DNA from: Lama glama
Taxonomy: Eukaryota
NCBI GenBank assembly: GCA_028534125.1
Contig: CM052817.1
Coordinates: forward strand, 38,876,001 to 38,940,000
Direction of reading: 5' to 3'
DNA: 64,000 bases
The position numbers and the translations under genes are program-made. Below are positions 50,037-64,000 of this stretch, one piece after another. Numbering within the stretch: the stretch's first letter is position 1; each line of letters begins with the position of its first letter. The notes beneath the pieces are model-generated. The model was not told the DNA's origin. It searched no databases and saw nothing but the letters and a program-made list of their open reading frames with translations.

Positions 50037-53000
50037 GAAGCTCAGCCAAGATGGAGGAGTAGAAAGACCCTGAGATCATCTCCTTTTGTGGGCACACCAA
50101 AATTACACATATTTACAGGACGACTCTTAACGAGGAAGAGAGGCATCTACTAGAAAAGATTGTCTACAACTAAAGATACAAAGAAGGAACCACAAGAAGA
50201 TGGGGGAGGGACAGAGTTGTGCTACAGTCGAGACCTATACCCCCTGGTGGGTAACCCACAAACAGAATAATTACAATCATAGAGGTTCTTTCCTAGGAAC
50301 AAGGGGTCTGAGCTTCATGTCAGGAACCAGCCCGGGGAGTACTAAATGGGGAAAATGAGCCTCTAGAATGTTTGACTTTGAAGGCCAGCAGGGTTTACTT
50401 TTGGGAGACCCAGAGGGCTGTGGGAAATAGAGACTCCACTCTTAAAGGGTGCACAGAAAAATCTCACAAACTCTGGGACTCAGGACAGAAGCAGTAATTT
50501 GAAAGGAGCCTGGGTCAGATCATCCTGCTAATGTTGGCAGGTCTCCAGCAAAGGCAGGAGTCAACTGGTCCTCACCCCGGGGTCAGGGACATTGACAGCA
50601 CCCATGCTGGGGAGTTTGTTCCACCACGCAGACACTGATGTGGCAAGCACCGATCTGGAATTCTCCCTCTGGCTTAGTCTTAGGACACTACCCCACTTCC
50701 CACCCACCAGCAGGCAGGCTGCCTAAGAACCCCTGAGCCAACAGCTACCCCTGGACATGGCCCTTTCCACCAGAGGGCCAAGGACCTAGCCCCAGACACC
50801 AGTGCCTCGGCATTGGACTTGGAATCCACGGGCCCTGCAGCCAGAGACCCATCAGTGGGCAGGCACTAGCCCCAGAACCAAGAACGCCATGGGCTTAGGC
50901 CATGCCCACCAGCAAATTAGGCAACATGAGGCAACAGAGAACAGCTTTCAAACAAAGGAACAAGATAAAACCAAAGAAGAACTAAGTGAAGTGGAGATAG
51001 GCAATCTATGCAAGAAAGAGTTCAGGATAATGATCATGAAGATGATCAAAGAACTCTGGAGAGCAAGGATGAACAGAATGAGAAATTAGAAGTTTCTAAC
51101 AAAGAGTTGGAAAATGTAAAGAACCACCAAACAAAGATGAAGAATACAATAACTGAAATGAAAAAAGCACTAGAAGAACTCAGCAGTAGATTCAGTGATA
51201 CAGAGGAATGGACCAGTGAATTGGAAGACAAAATGGTGGGAATCACTGAAGTGAACAGAAAAAAGAAAAAAGGAAAAAAAAGAAGTTAGGACAGTTTAAA
51301 AGAGCTTCACGTCAACATCTAGTGTACTAACATTGGAATTATAGGGGTCCCAGAAGGAGAAGAAATAAAGAAAGTGGCAGAGAATATATTGAAAGACACA
51401 AGAGCTGAAAACTTCCCTAACCTAGGAAAGGAAACAGATATCCAGGTCCAGAAAGCACAGATTCCCAGACAGGATCAACCCAAAGAGGATCACACCAAGA
51501 TACATTATAATTTAAGTGACAAAAATTAAAGATAGAGAATATTAAAAAGCCGCAAGGGAAAAGCAACAGTGAGTTTCGTACAAGGAAACTCCCACAAGGC
51601 TATCAGCTGATTTCTCAACAGAAACTCTTCAGGACAGAAGGTAGTATGATATATTTAAAATGAAAAAAGGGGAAAACCTACAACCAAGAATATTCTAGCT
51701 GGAAAGGCTTTCATTTAGATTTAATGGAGAGGTCAAAAGTTTCACAGACAAGAAAACGCTAGCAAGAGTTCAGCACCACCAAACCAGCTATGCAACAGAT
51801 GTTAAAGGGACTTCTCTAAGGGAAACAGGAAAGGCCACAACCAGAAACATGAAAACCATGAGAGGAAAGAGCTCACTGGTAAAGGCAAATATACAGTAGA
51901 GGTAGTAAATCAACCACGTACAAAGCTAGTAGGAAGGTTAAAAGACAAAAGTAGTAGAATCACCTCTCTCTGCAATAAACAGTCAAGTGATACACAAAAG
52001 ATGTAAAGCAGTAACTACGAGGGGAGGAAAGGACAAATGCAGGGTTGTTAAATGCCTTTGAAATTAAGAGATCAGCAACTTAAAACAATCACGTATATAT
52101 ACAGATAGCTGTGTATAAACTCATAGTAACCACAAACCAAAAATCTATACTAGATACACACAAAAAAGAGAAAGGAACCAAAACATAGCACTAAAGGGAG
52201 CCAGCAAGTCACAAGGGAAGGGAACAGAAGAAGAAAAAAGAGCAAAAAAGAATTACCAACACAACTCTGAAACAATGAACAAGATGGCTACGTGAACATG
52301 CGTATCAATAAATACTTTAAATGTACATGGACTAAATGCTCCGATCAAAAGACACAGAGCAGCTGAATGAGTAAAAAAACAAGATCCATAAATATGCAGC
52401 TCACAAGAGACTCACTTCAGATCTAGAGACACACACAGACTGAACGTGAGCAGATGGAAAAAGGTATTTCATGCAAATGCAAAAAAAAAAAAAAAGAAAA
52501 AGCTGGGATAATGATACTTATACTAGACAAAGTCAACTTTAAAATAAAGACGGCAACGAGGAACAAAGACATACGTTACATAATGATCAACGATCCAATC
52601 CAAAAAGAAGATATAACAATTGCAAATATATATGAACTCAACATAGGAGCATGTAAATACAGAAAGCAAATATTCATAAACAAAGAAATCAACAGTAACA
52701 CAATAATAGTAGGGGACCTTAACACCCCACGGACATCAGTGAACAGATCATCCAGACAGAAAATCAGTAAGGAAACACTAGCCTTAAATGACACATTAGG
52801 CCAAATACACTTAACAGATGTATTTAGAACATTCCATCCAAAAGCAGCAGAATACACACTCAAGTGCACAAAGAACATTCTCCAGGATGGATCACATGCT
52901 GCACACACCAGGCCACAAAACAAGCCTTAGTAAATTTAAGAAAACTGAAACCATATCAAGTGATTTTTTCTGACCACAACACGAGACCAGAAATCAATTA

Positions 53001-56000
53001 CAAGGAAAAAAAAACTACAAAAAACACACAAACACATGGAGGCTAAGCAACGTGCTACTGAGCAACCAATGGGTCACTGACGAACCGAAGAAGAAATAAA
53101 GAGAAATATCTGGAGACAAATGAAAGTGAAAACACAGCGATCCAAAGCCCATGCGACACAGCAAAAGCAGCTCTAAGAGGAAGTTTGCAGAGATGCAAGC
53201 TTGTCTCAGGAACAAGGAAAATCTCAAATAAACAACCTGCCCTTACACCTAAAGCAACCAGAGAAAGGAGAATGAACAAAACCCAAAGTTAATAGACAAC
53301 AAGACATCATAAGGATGAGAGCAGAAATAAATGAAAGAGACACTTCAAAAAACAATAGAAAAGATCACTGAAACTAAGAAGTGCTTCTTTGAAAAGATAA
53401 ACAAAATTGATAAGCCTTTAGCCAGAATCATAGGGGAAAAAAGGGAAAGGGTCCAAGTCAATAAAATAATAAATGAGAAAGGAGACATTACAACTGATAA
53501 CACAGAAATACAAAGCATCACAAGAGATTATTATGGAGAGCTATATGCCAATAAAATGGACAACCTAGAAAAAATGGAAAATTCCTAGAAGTATACAATC
53601 TCCAAGACTAAATCAGGAAGCAATACAAAATATGAATAGTCCAATTACCAGTAATGAAATGGAATCAGTAATTGAAAAAACTTACAACAAACAGCCAGAC
53701 TATATGGTTTCACGGGTGAATTCTACCCAACATTTAGAGAAGACTTAACACCTATTCTTCTCAAACTACTCCAAAAAATTGCAGAGGAGGAAATGCTTCC
53801 TAACTCACTCCATGAGGCCAACATCACACTGATAACAAAACCAGACAAAGATACCACACACAAAAAAAATTGCAGGCCAGTATCACTGATGAACATGGAT
53901 GCAGAAATCCTTAACAAAACATTAGCAAGCCGAATCCAACAGTACATTAAAAAGATCATACACCATGATCAAGTAGGAATTATCTCAGGGTGGAAAGATT
54001 TTTTAATATCCACAAATCAATCAATGTAATACATCAAATTAACAAACAATAATAAAAATCATATGATTGTCTCAAAAGATGCAGAAAAAGTTTTGACAAA
54101 ATTCAATACCTATTTATGTTAAAAACTCTTCACAAAGTAGGTATAGAGGGAACATACCTCAACATAATAAAGGCCATAGATGGTAAGCCCACAGCTAACA
54201 TCATCTTTAACAACTAAAAGTTGAGAGCACTGCCTCTAAGATCAGGAGCAAGACAAGGATGCCCACTCTTGCCACTTTTATTCAACACAGTATTGGAAAT
54301 CCGGTCACAGAAATCAGACAAGAAAAAGAAATAAAAGGAACCCAAATTGGGAAGAAGTAGTAAAACTGTCTCTGCTTGTAGATGACATGATACTATACAT
54401 AGAAAAGCCTGAGGGCACCACTAAAGGCTGCCAGAGCTCCTCAGTGACGGTAAAGTTACAGGACACAAAATTAGGACACAGAAAGCTGTGGCATTTCTAC
54501 GCACCAACAACAAACTATCAGAAAGAGAAATTAAGGAAACTATCCTATTTACGCATTACATCAAAAAGAATAAAATACCTAGGAATAAACTTACCTAAAG
54601 AGGTAAAAGACCTGTACTCAGGAAACGATAAGACACAGATGCAGCAACTGAAGACAACACAGAGAGATGGAAAGATACACTGTGTTCATGGATTGGAAGA
54701 ACTGGTATTGTTAATATGACCATACTACACCCAGGACAATCTACAGATTCAGTGCAATCCCTATCAAAATGTCAACGGCATTTTCCACAGAACTAGGACA
54801 AATAATTTTAAAACTTTTACGGCAACACAAAAGATCCCAAATAGCTAAAACAATCTTGAGAAAGAAAAACAGAGCTGGAAGTATCACGTTCCCTGACTTC
54901 AGACTACTACAAAGCTACAGTCATTAAAACAGCATGGTAGTGGCATAAAAACAGACACAAAGACCAATGGAACAGAATAGAGAGCCCAGAAATAAACCCA
55001 CACACTTATGGTCAATTTATCTACAACAAAGAAGGCAAGAACATACAATGGAGAAAAGACACTCTCTTCAATAAGTGGTACCAGAAAACAACAGCTACAG
55101 GAAAAAAAATAAAATAAAATTGCAACATTTTCTCAGATGATATACAAAAATAAATTCAAAATGGTTTAAAGACCTGAATGTAAGACTGGAAACCATAAAA
55201 CTCCTAGAAGAGAACACAGGCAGAACACTCTTTGACATAAATTATAGCAGTATTTTTTTGGTAAGCAAAAGTATAAATAAACAAATGAGTCCTAATTAAA
55301 CTTAAAATCCTTTGCACAGCAAAGGAAACCATCAACAAAATAAAAAGACAACCTACTCAATGGGATAAAATATTTGCAAATGATATGATTGATAAAGGAT
55401 TAATATCCAAAATATATAAACAGCTCATACAACTCAATATCAAAAAACCAAAGCACCCGATTTTAAAAATGGGCAGAAGACCTGAATAGACTTTTTCCCC
55501 AAACAGACCATGCAGGTGGCTAACAGGCACATGAAAAGATGCTTGACATCACTCATCATCAAAGATATGCAAATCAAAATTACAATGATACATCATTTCA
55601 CACTTGTTAGAATGGCTACTGTCAAAAAAACCACAAATGATGTTGACAAGGATGTGGAGAAAAGGGAACACTGTACACTGTTGGTGTGAATGTAAACTAG
55701 TACAGCCACTGTGAAAACTGTATGGAGATTCCTCAAAAATTTTAAAATAGAACTACCATATGATCCAGCAATTCCAGTTCCGGGTATTTACCAGAAGAAA
55801 ACAAAAATATTAGTTCAAAAAGACATATGGACCTTTATGTTCATTGCAGGACTACTTACATAGCCTAAGTGTCCATCAATAGATGAATGGATAATGAAGA
55901 TGTGGTATGTGTGTATACACACACACACACATGCGAGCAGACACAATAAAACACTACTCAGCCATTAAAAAAAAGAATGAAATTCCGCCATTTGCAAGAA

Positions 56001-56275
56001 CATCAATGGACCTGGGAGGTATTATGGTTAGTGAAATAGGTCTGACAGAGAAAGACAAACACCGTAGGTTATCATTTATATGTGGAAATCTAAAAAAAAA
56101 AAAAAAAAGAATATAACAAAAAAGAAACAAACTCAGAGATACAGAGAACAAACTCGTAGTTACCAGTGAGGAGAGGGAAGGGGAGATGTGCAAGGGAAGG
56201 ATAGGGGATTAAGAGGTACCAAATGCTATGTATAAAATAAGCTACAAGGCTACATTGTACAGAAATAAATTTTTT
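50037..56275 (+). mobile_element. Near full-length decayed LINE-1 (~6.2 kb), antisense in CDS1 intron 1
   Basis: 5' motif ccaagatggaggagtag; ORF1 remnant ~50926-51819; ORF2 remnant ~52284-56093 with endonuclease (IIVGDLNTP, FSDHN), RT ([23 protein letters not shown]) and C-terminal motifs; many stops and frameshifts. Confidence 0.95.
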
Positions 56276-57519
56276 TAAAGACGACAGTCCTAATGAAGCA
56301 CATCAAATAGATACCACCATTGCTGTTTTACTTACAGGCAAACTACGATCAAAAGCATTTGCTCTGCTGGAATGACTGTATAAAGTTATTTGAAACCCAA
56401 ACTGACTTCTCAGAGTGCATGGGCAGGAGCTGAGTGTGTATGCTGAGGCCTTTAGACAAAGGTGGTCACTGCAGACCCTCCAGGGACAGGGTGGCCAAGG
56501 AATCGTAAGAAAAGAGCTGCCTAATGCTTAGTTTTGAAGTTGTTCACTCTGCTGTAATGAACAACCTCGACGCCTACTACGTCCCTTCCTCTCCTCCACC
56601 CAGCCCCACCAGCAACCTTCAGTAAACAGTGCTGCACAGACAAACGCTCTGGGACGGAGGTTTACAGAAGGAGACACTGGGCAGGGGGACTGAGCCGGGT
56701 CAGAGGAAAGAGAGTATTCACAGGAGGTGAACAAGCAGAAGGAACACGGAGCAGACTGTTGGGCCAGAGGTGATCCCAGCAATGAAGGTGAAGGTGTGTA
56801 GGAATTCAGGATGTTTAGCAATCTCAAACCAAACTCAGCCCCTATTAGCACCAAAGTTTGGGCAAATTTCATCGCCTCTTTTAACTGTTTCTTTACACAT
56901 AAAATGGAAGCACTGAATATATTGCCAAGGACTCGTGAAGTTAACAAAGTCGTAAACTATTTTTACAACTGAATCCAATACCTCCCTAAGTGGCTTACCA
57001 AATAAAATGTTAGCCTTGGGGGAGCACTATCAGTTTTCATAAAGCAATAATTAGCTTTCATTTACTAACTATCACCTTTTTATTAAAAAGCTATGAAATT
57101 AAATGTGTCATTATACCAAAAATGACAAATGAAACAGACATACCACACCTTCCCACTGTGACATGGTTAGATGGCCCCAGAGTGGCTTAAACAAAGAGAG
57201 ATGGTGACTAATAAACCACAAGACAGGACGTCCCCTGAAAACATCAGGGGGCCTGCAGTGAGCCTGCTATGCCAGCAGGTCTGTGACATCTAGAACAATG
57301 CAACACTTCACTTTTCTTGTCTTTGCTTGTTACTCTTGTTTTTTTTAACCTTCAATAACCCAGAGTGTTGGAAGTGTGGTGTGAGTGGTGGTGGAGATGG
57401 TGACTAATGGAAGTGGCTCAAGAAGGCACGTTACCAGGTTGTAGAAAGAGCACCAGATTAGGAGTCGGGAGTTGCAAGTACAGTTGTCAGGCAGGGGAGA
57501 GGGGATTACCCTCAAATAC

Positions 57520-57785
57520 CAAAATTGGAGAAGCCATAGTATTTGTACCTAACCTGTACACATCCTCCCTTTAAATTATACACTTTAAATCACCTACAGA
57601 TTACTTATAAAATCTAACACAATGTAAATACTTATACATACAATGTAAACAGTTGCGAGTATGCGGCAAACTCAAGTTTGCTTTTTGGAACTTTCTGAAA
57701 TTTTGTTTTTTTCTTTTCAAATATTTTGATCCACAATTGGTTGAATCCACGGATTTGCAACCCCCAGATATGAGAGCTGACCTCT
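57520..57785. mobile_element. Tigger3/Golem-type non-autonomous TcMar element
   Basis: cactttaaatcacctacagattacttataa...ggcaaactcaagtttgctttttggaacttt...tggttgaatccacggat match recalled Tigger3 deletion products. Confidence 0.65.
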
Positions 57786-58379
57786 AACTAGAAGTATGAC
57801 AAAAGGCAAATTACTTAACCTTAAAGAAACTCAGCCTTTGTTTTCCTTATAAAATAAAAGCACTGGGCTAGAACTCAAACCGTGCTCCTCGAAACACTCA
57901 AGCGTTCAGCAAGTCACCTCAAAGTCCACTGGCCAACAACAGTGATGTGCCACAGCCCTCCCCCCACCACACCTTCAAGAAAGCTGTCCAGCTTTTATTT
58001 GTATTATTTAAGCTCCTGATTTCTGTTTTATGTACCTTCAAGAAACACAAAATGAAAAATGTAAGATTTAACTCGATTATTACATTTTATTCTAATAACT
58101 AAATAATAAAAGACAATTCCTAAGCAGTGGCATTTGGGAGCAACGTTACTTCACTGCTAGGATTAGTAGCAGACACTCCTGTGTTTCTGTGTTTCCTGTA
58201 TGCACCCTCTTACAAAGATGCCAGACCAGGTGTGATAAGGAAAACAAGAGCGACTGGTGATCACAGAAAAAAATGGAACTAATACTGTAGTAATAATTAG
58301 AGCCAGGAGGCATGTGCATGCTGAATCAAGGTACTTAAAGTGTTTTAGAAAACCAAACTAGGAGATTCTTCTCAAGCCC

Positions 58380-59440
58380 AGGATTTAAAGACAATGATCC
58401 TCCACCTTCCACCTAAGCTCCTTGTTCTCCTAGCACCCACCAGGTGCTAGGAGACCTCATGCACCCTCACAGCTTCCCTCTCCATCCCTCTGTACACTGA
58501 TGACTCCCCATAAACCTGCATCCCTAGCTCCCAGCACGCCATCTCCGGGTGGGTTTTCTACAAGCATCACCTGAAATTCAACATAAGCCACCTGACCTCT
58601 TTCTTTTCCACACCCAACCTGCTGCCCCTTCTGGATTTCCTACTTAGATGAAGACAGCATCACCAAGCCTGTTAACTCAGGTCAGAAACCTGGCTGTCAA
58701 CTTAACACCTGCGTCTTTAACCAAAGCACATTCAGTCAGGCAGCATCAGACCTGTCACTCACTTTTCCCCCATCTTCATCCTCACCCTCTCCTACCACCC
58801 TCGCTGAGCATCACCCTCTCTCGTGTACCTTACATCCCCTGCCCTCTATCCTGCCCTCTCTGATTCATTTTCAACATAAGAAAGAACCTTTCTAAACCGC
58901 AAATCTGATCTTAATACTCTCTAGTGTTACAACCACCAGGATAAAGCCAAACTACTTTAACACTGCTTTTACTGTTTTCATTATTGGACCCTGTTCTTCC
59001 AGCCCCTCTTGACGACCCTCCAATTTGCACACAGTGCCATTCTCTCTCTTTCATCTAGATGTTTGCTCTATGTTCAAAGTATTAACAGTGCATTGTCTCT
59101 CTCGCCCACACCCCAGTTCCCATCCTCCTCTCCCCACTCCTCACATCTGGCTACTGCTCACTCTGACCTCACCTCCAAGTTCATTTCCTTTAGAAAGGTC
59201 TTCCCTGACTCCCTGCTCCTTGTTAGTTGCTCTCCAGCTGTATTTCCACAATTCTCCTAGTTTTTACCTGTTAGCCTAAATTAAAATGATCGGCTTGCTT
59301 GTCTGTATTTTCTAGTAGTTCGTAAGCTTTGCGAGAAGATGAAATACCATTGGCCTCACTTTTGAATCCCAAGAGGCTGGCAGAAGACCTTGTATAGTGA
59401 CTGGCATTTATTAGGCACTACATAAATATTGAATGAACTG
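58380..59440 (+). mobile_element. L2 3' region, decayed
   Basis: Pyrimidine-rich L2 motifs (tgatgactccca, tcagaaacctgg, ctttctaaaccgcaaatctgatc) ending in taggcactacataaatattgaatgaa. Confidence 0.6.
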
Positions 59441-59879
59441 AGTCTCTCAATTCATGCTAACGTTTAAGATTAAAATAGGAAATTCTCAATTGTTTTTGCT
59501 AGCTGAGTAATCTTGGCCAAGTTACCTTCCTTGGGACCTCAGTAGCACTTATGTAAAATGAAGGCTTCTGACTATGAAGGGCTACTTTTTTTCCAAATAT
59601 AAAATAATAATAAAAATACTTCTGGTAACTGATGAATGGAAATTGAAAAATTAAAGTTTCTTTATTATCCTATAAATCAAATTCCTACAGTGAAACGTAC
59701 TTAGAAAATAAAAGCAAAAGCACTTTACAAATACTGACACATTTATACCTCACATTACCTTAGAGGTAAGTAAGTAATCACATCCATTTTGTAAGTGAAA
59801 AAATTTAGGCTCAGAAAGGTTAAGTGAAGTGCTCAAGTTTACACAGCTTTAGGCAATATAGCTAGGATGCAGAAGGGAA

Positions 59880-61425
59880 ACTGAAATAATTCCCCCCCCC
59901 AAAACTGACCTAGAGATTCAATGCAATCCCAATAATCTCAACAGGCTGTGTGTGTGTGTATGTGTATGTGTGTGTGTGTGTGTGTGTGTAAATGTACAGA
60001 CTGATTCCAAAATTTATATGACAATGCAAAGGACCTAGAAGAGCCAAAACCACCTGGAAAAAGAAACAAAATTGAAAGACTTACACTACCTGTTATCAAA
60101 CGTTATTATAAAGTTGTAATCAAGCTTGATACTGACATAAAAGAAAAAATGATCAATGGAATAGAGAAGAAAGTCCAGAAATAAGTACACACACATACAG
60201 CCAACTGATTTCAACAAAGTTGAAACGTAACTCAATACATGATGCTGGAACAATTAGACATCCATATGCAAAGAAAAGAAAGAAATTCACACCATTTACA
60301 AAAATTAATTCAAAACAGATCACAGACATTTACATAAAACTATAAACATTCCATAAAATCTTGGGGGCCTGGGATTAGATAAAGATTTCTTAAATATGAC
60401 ACTAAGTATGTAAGAAAAACCAAAACAGAACTACACAAAAATTAAAATTTTTTTGCTTTTCAAAAGATACTTGTAAAAAGAGTGAGAAAATAGCTCTAGA
60501 CTGGGAAAAGATATTTGTCAATCACATGTCAAATAAAGGTCTTGCCTCCAGAATAAAGAACTCTCAAAATTCAATCAAGTCTATTAAAATACCTGGGCAA
60601 AATATTTGAACAGACATTTCATCAAAGGCAATACACAGATGGCAAATCAGCATATGAAGAAATGTTCAACATGATTAGTTACTCGGGAAGTGAATCAAAC
60701 CACAAGGAGACACTGTGACTCATGTACTATAATGGCCAAAATTTAAAAACTGAGCATATGCAGTCTCGGAGAAGGTGTGTCGAAACCAGACCTCTCCCAC
60801 ACTGATGGTGGGCATGTAAAATGGTACAACTGCTTTGGAAAACAGTTTGGCAGTTTCTTAAAAACTTAAGTGTACATCTACCCTATGACCCAGTCATGCT
60901 ATTCCTAGATATCTGTCCAAAAGAAATGAAAGTATATACCCAAATGTTTGTGGCAGCTTTATCTGTAATAGCTCCAAACTGGAAACAACTCAAATGTCAA
61001 AAAGGACAAACTGGGCTACATCCATATGATGGAATACTACTCGGCAACAGAAATGATGATGTATGCAACAATATGGGTGACTGTCAAAATAATTATGCCG
61101 AGTAAAAACAAGGCAGACAAAATGTACATACAGTATGTATATGTACATACATATGCATATGTATATATGCATACATGTATTTACAGAATTCCATTTATAG
61201 AAAATTCTAGAAAATGCACTCTTGTCTAGTGCCACAAAGGAAATCAGTGGTTATCTTGGGGTAAAAAGGGTACGACAAAAGGGCAGGAGCAAACCTTTAG
61301 TGGTGACGGGTATGTTCATTATCTTTATTGTAGTGATGAATTCATGGGGGTATATATGTAGCAAAGCTTACCAAACTGCACAGTGTGAGCATGGCCAATT
61401 TAGCATATGTCACTTATAGCTCATG
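59880..61425 (+). mobile_element. Old L1M 3' fragment (ORF2 C-terminus + 3' UTR) containing a (TG)n tract at ~59947-59988
   Basis: ORF 60821..61105 (MVQLLWKTVWQFLKNLSVHLPYDP...) is the L1 ORF2 C-terminus; followed by an L1M-type 3' UTR. Confidence 0.85.
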
Positions 61426-61920
61426 GTGACTCCTGAAGAGTGCACAGGAGCCAGTGGTAGAGAAGGGACCGAGATGCTTCTCAATACTGGAGACTGAGAA
61501 GACAGGAAGAACAAGGTCAGGGGACTCCAGTCCATTCAAGATGATGGCTCCAAAAAAAATCCTCTAAAGAAGGTAAGCAGCAGTCTAGAATGCAACAAAG
61601 GATGATGTATTAAATCAATCACAATAATCAATCGCAACTTCCACTCCTTTTACACCTGGTCCCCTAAAAAGTGAGTCAGACAACCAGGGTCAGCTTCTCC
61701 ACAATGGGTCCCTTGAGGTTCACACTGATCCCTGTACCTAGTTCAGCATTAAAATTGCAATGCAGCAAAAAGAAACGCTCAAGTGACACAGATCTCTGTA
61801 CCTAAGAGGAGGAGGCCTTTTACAAATCTTGACACTAAACAGTTCTTACTTGAAAGAACATTAGGTTATACTCCTGATTTCAGCATTTTCTCTCCCTCCC
61901 TTGTTTCCATATTTTAAAGA

Positions 61921-62398
61921 TGTGAGAAAGAAACCACCCACCCTCGCCCTCACGTAGCTTACTGCTGCCATGAAAATGACTTCAGAATCCCACTGTCTTC
62001 ATTACCATAACTTTACTATTCAGAGACTTGCTCTGGAGTTAATTGTTCACCACAAGAACTTCTGAAAGACATCAATTCATCAACAGGAGGCACCAGTAAA
62101 CAAGTTTCCTCTTAAGACTCTTAAAACTCTTGTGTCAAAATCCTTGCCTGGCTATTGCCACCAGTCCTAAACTGTTACCTTGGGATCCTTACCCAATCCT
62201 AATCAAGTCTCTGTTGAAGGATCTGCCTTAAATAAAACATTCAATTTTCAGTAAAATCCCATCTTGCCTTTCCCCCTCCGAGACACTGCCAAAGGTCTGT
62301 GCCAAGGTGGTGTTCTCCCTCACCGCAGATGGCCATAACCTCCACGTTGTCTTTATCACTTGGTTGGTTGGTGATTTCTGGGGAGTCAGCATTCAAAA
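61921..62398 (+). mobile_element. MER31-like ERV1 solo LTR (5' boundary uncertain)
   Basis: 3' half cccaatcctaatcaag...ccctccgagacactgcc...ggtggtgttctccct...tggggagtcagcattc resembles recalled MER31. Confidence 0.55.
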
Positions 62399-64000
62399 GC
62401 TATTGCTAAATAAAATGAACACCCTGCGAATGGCAACGTGGAAACTTATTTAGATGGTAATATTGACTAACAATTAATCAACACTTGGGGAGCACTAGCC
62501 TAAATGGTGTTCTGGAAGTCTAGATCTAAATATTCATATTTTATTAATATATTTAGATGGAAAAAAGTAGAGAAAATGTTTAGTATACCTGCTGGTGACA
62601 CCAGGACAACTCACAAGGAAGTGTGCCAAAATGAAGAATTTATGGAAACACAACCTCCAAAATTAAAAATTTGTTTAAAAAATATTAGAGTATTTATGAA
62701 AGAAACATGTCTTAAATAAGGAAGGACAAAAGTTAATTGGCTTCCAGATTGTTTCACCTTCAACTTAGCAAATCAAAATCTGTATCAAAGAAGCAACCCC
62801 ACATACGAGCACATGGGGACCTCATCTGAGAGTACACTAGTCCTCCTGTGCTCCCCTTTCAGGCCACATATTTCAAGGGCACCCCCTTCTCTCCCACTTC
62901 TGGTGCAGTCAGTCAGGTCCCCGCTTCACTTCCAACTGCTCAGTCTCTCTCAGTCCGTCCAGAGCTTCAATAACCCTCTTTGGGCTTCAGCCCAGTTCGC
63001 TGCTGACCCGAATTTGTGGTCAGCCAGTTCAGCCCTGGCCTCCTTGACTCACTCATTCCTTCAGCATCCTTCACCTGGCAGTCCCAGGCCAAAATCACTC
63101 CAGGTGCTTTCTTATTCTCAACTACTAAATGGGGGATATTCCTAACAAATACAGTTGCGGAGCAAATAAAGATGTAAGATAACTGTTTTCTCTAAATTAC
63201 TCCACAAGCCTCTATTATGACAATGACTGCTACTGAGTTAAGAACTATGCTAATTTGGTTCACAGCAAATTTGTGTTATTTTAGTTCAACTGAATCTTCA
63301 CTGAGTTGGGTAATAGTTGCCTCTTGGTCCTTTTACATCATGCTCCCTAAAACGACATCCCAAATGTATCCCAGTCAGAGATGAGCTCTAGTTCCAGCTC
63401 TGCCACTTGCTCCAGGTCATTTTGAGCTGAAAAACAGACACACTCCAGGGTAAGCTTACTTTTATATGTATAAATTGGGTTGAACTAAACTGTTTCTAAA
63501 ATCCCTCGAAGCTCTGTGGTTCTGAGATCTTACTTTACTGAGAAAACCGAAAGCATCCAACACTCTGATCAATTAGCTGTTCAGAACTGTAATAAATCTA
63601 ACTCATATATATGCCCGGGGTGGGGGGATTCCTTGAGGTGGTGGTCTTGGGATCTTTCAAGTATTACTCCAGCATTTAGCAACTGGGAACACTCCCCTAT
63701 AGGAACACTCCCCGAAGCATGTTTTCACTTGCTAATGCTCTAGAGCAGAGTCCTCTTTCAGAATAAGTCTCCACATCCTGAACAATGCAAAGGTCATGCT
63801 AATAATACCATTGTAAAAAGACTACAAGATGGCACGATAAAAGCAGAATATAACACATCTCTTCTGCTTCTTTCATCAATTTCCTAGGAGTTCTGCCTTC
63901 ATTGCAACTTGAATGGAGAAGGCACTTAAAGAGTTTATATGCACCAAATATTAACCAGCCTCCTATGTGCAAACTGATTTTATAACAGCCCTTGACCTGG

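Noticed and set aside
52284..56093. L1 ORF2 as an active reverse transcriptase gene
   Set aside because: Numerous stops and frameshifts and an altered catalytic motif
1..64000. CRISPR arrays, operons or other prokaryote-type systems; CDS1 exon 1 and promoter
   Set aside because: The sequence is mammalian intron-exon DNA with no regularly spaced repeat arrays; no CpG island or exon 1 coding sequence is present before the window ends

Overview
Mammalian genomic DNA, very probably camelid (camel/alpaca lineage, judged from two tRNA-derived SINEs of the camelid Vic-1 type and the L1 3' ends). The window holds exons 2-13 and the 3' UTR of CDS1 (CDP-diacylglycerol synthase 1) on the minus strand. 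The 12 exons all have GT-AG boundaries and compatible phases, and splice into an open frame of 1269 nt (422 aa + stop). Exon 1 and the promoter lie beyond the right edge. The introns are filled with transposon relics: a near full-length decayed L1, an ORF1-only (HAL1-like) L1 derivative nested in two older L1s, an internally deleted Tigger1, solo ERV LTRs, MER20/MER58/Tigger3-type DNA elements, L2/MIR, SINEs and microsatellites. I found no evidence for a new multi-gene system. The most unusual items are (i) a tailless retro-copy of the 5' half of tRNA-Met(CAT) with an 18-bp target-site duplication, (ii) the ORF1-only L1 with a scrambled antisense ORF2 tail, (iii) a ~180-bp direct duplication bracketing exon 6, and (iv) an exon-like segment downstream of the CDS1 poly(A) site. 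Repeat family names come from recalled consensus similarity, not from a database search, and repeat boundaries are approximate unless a TSD is quoted.
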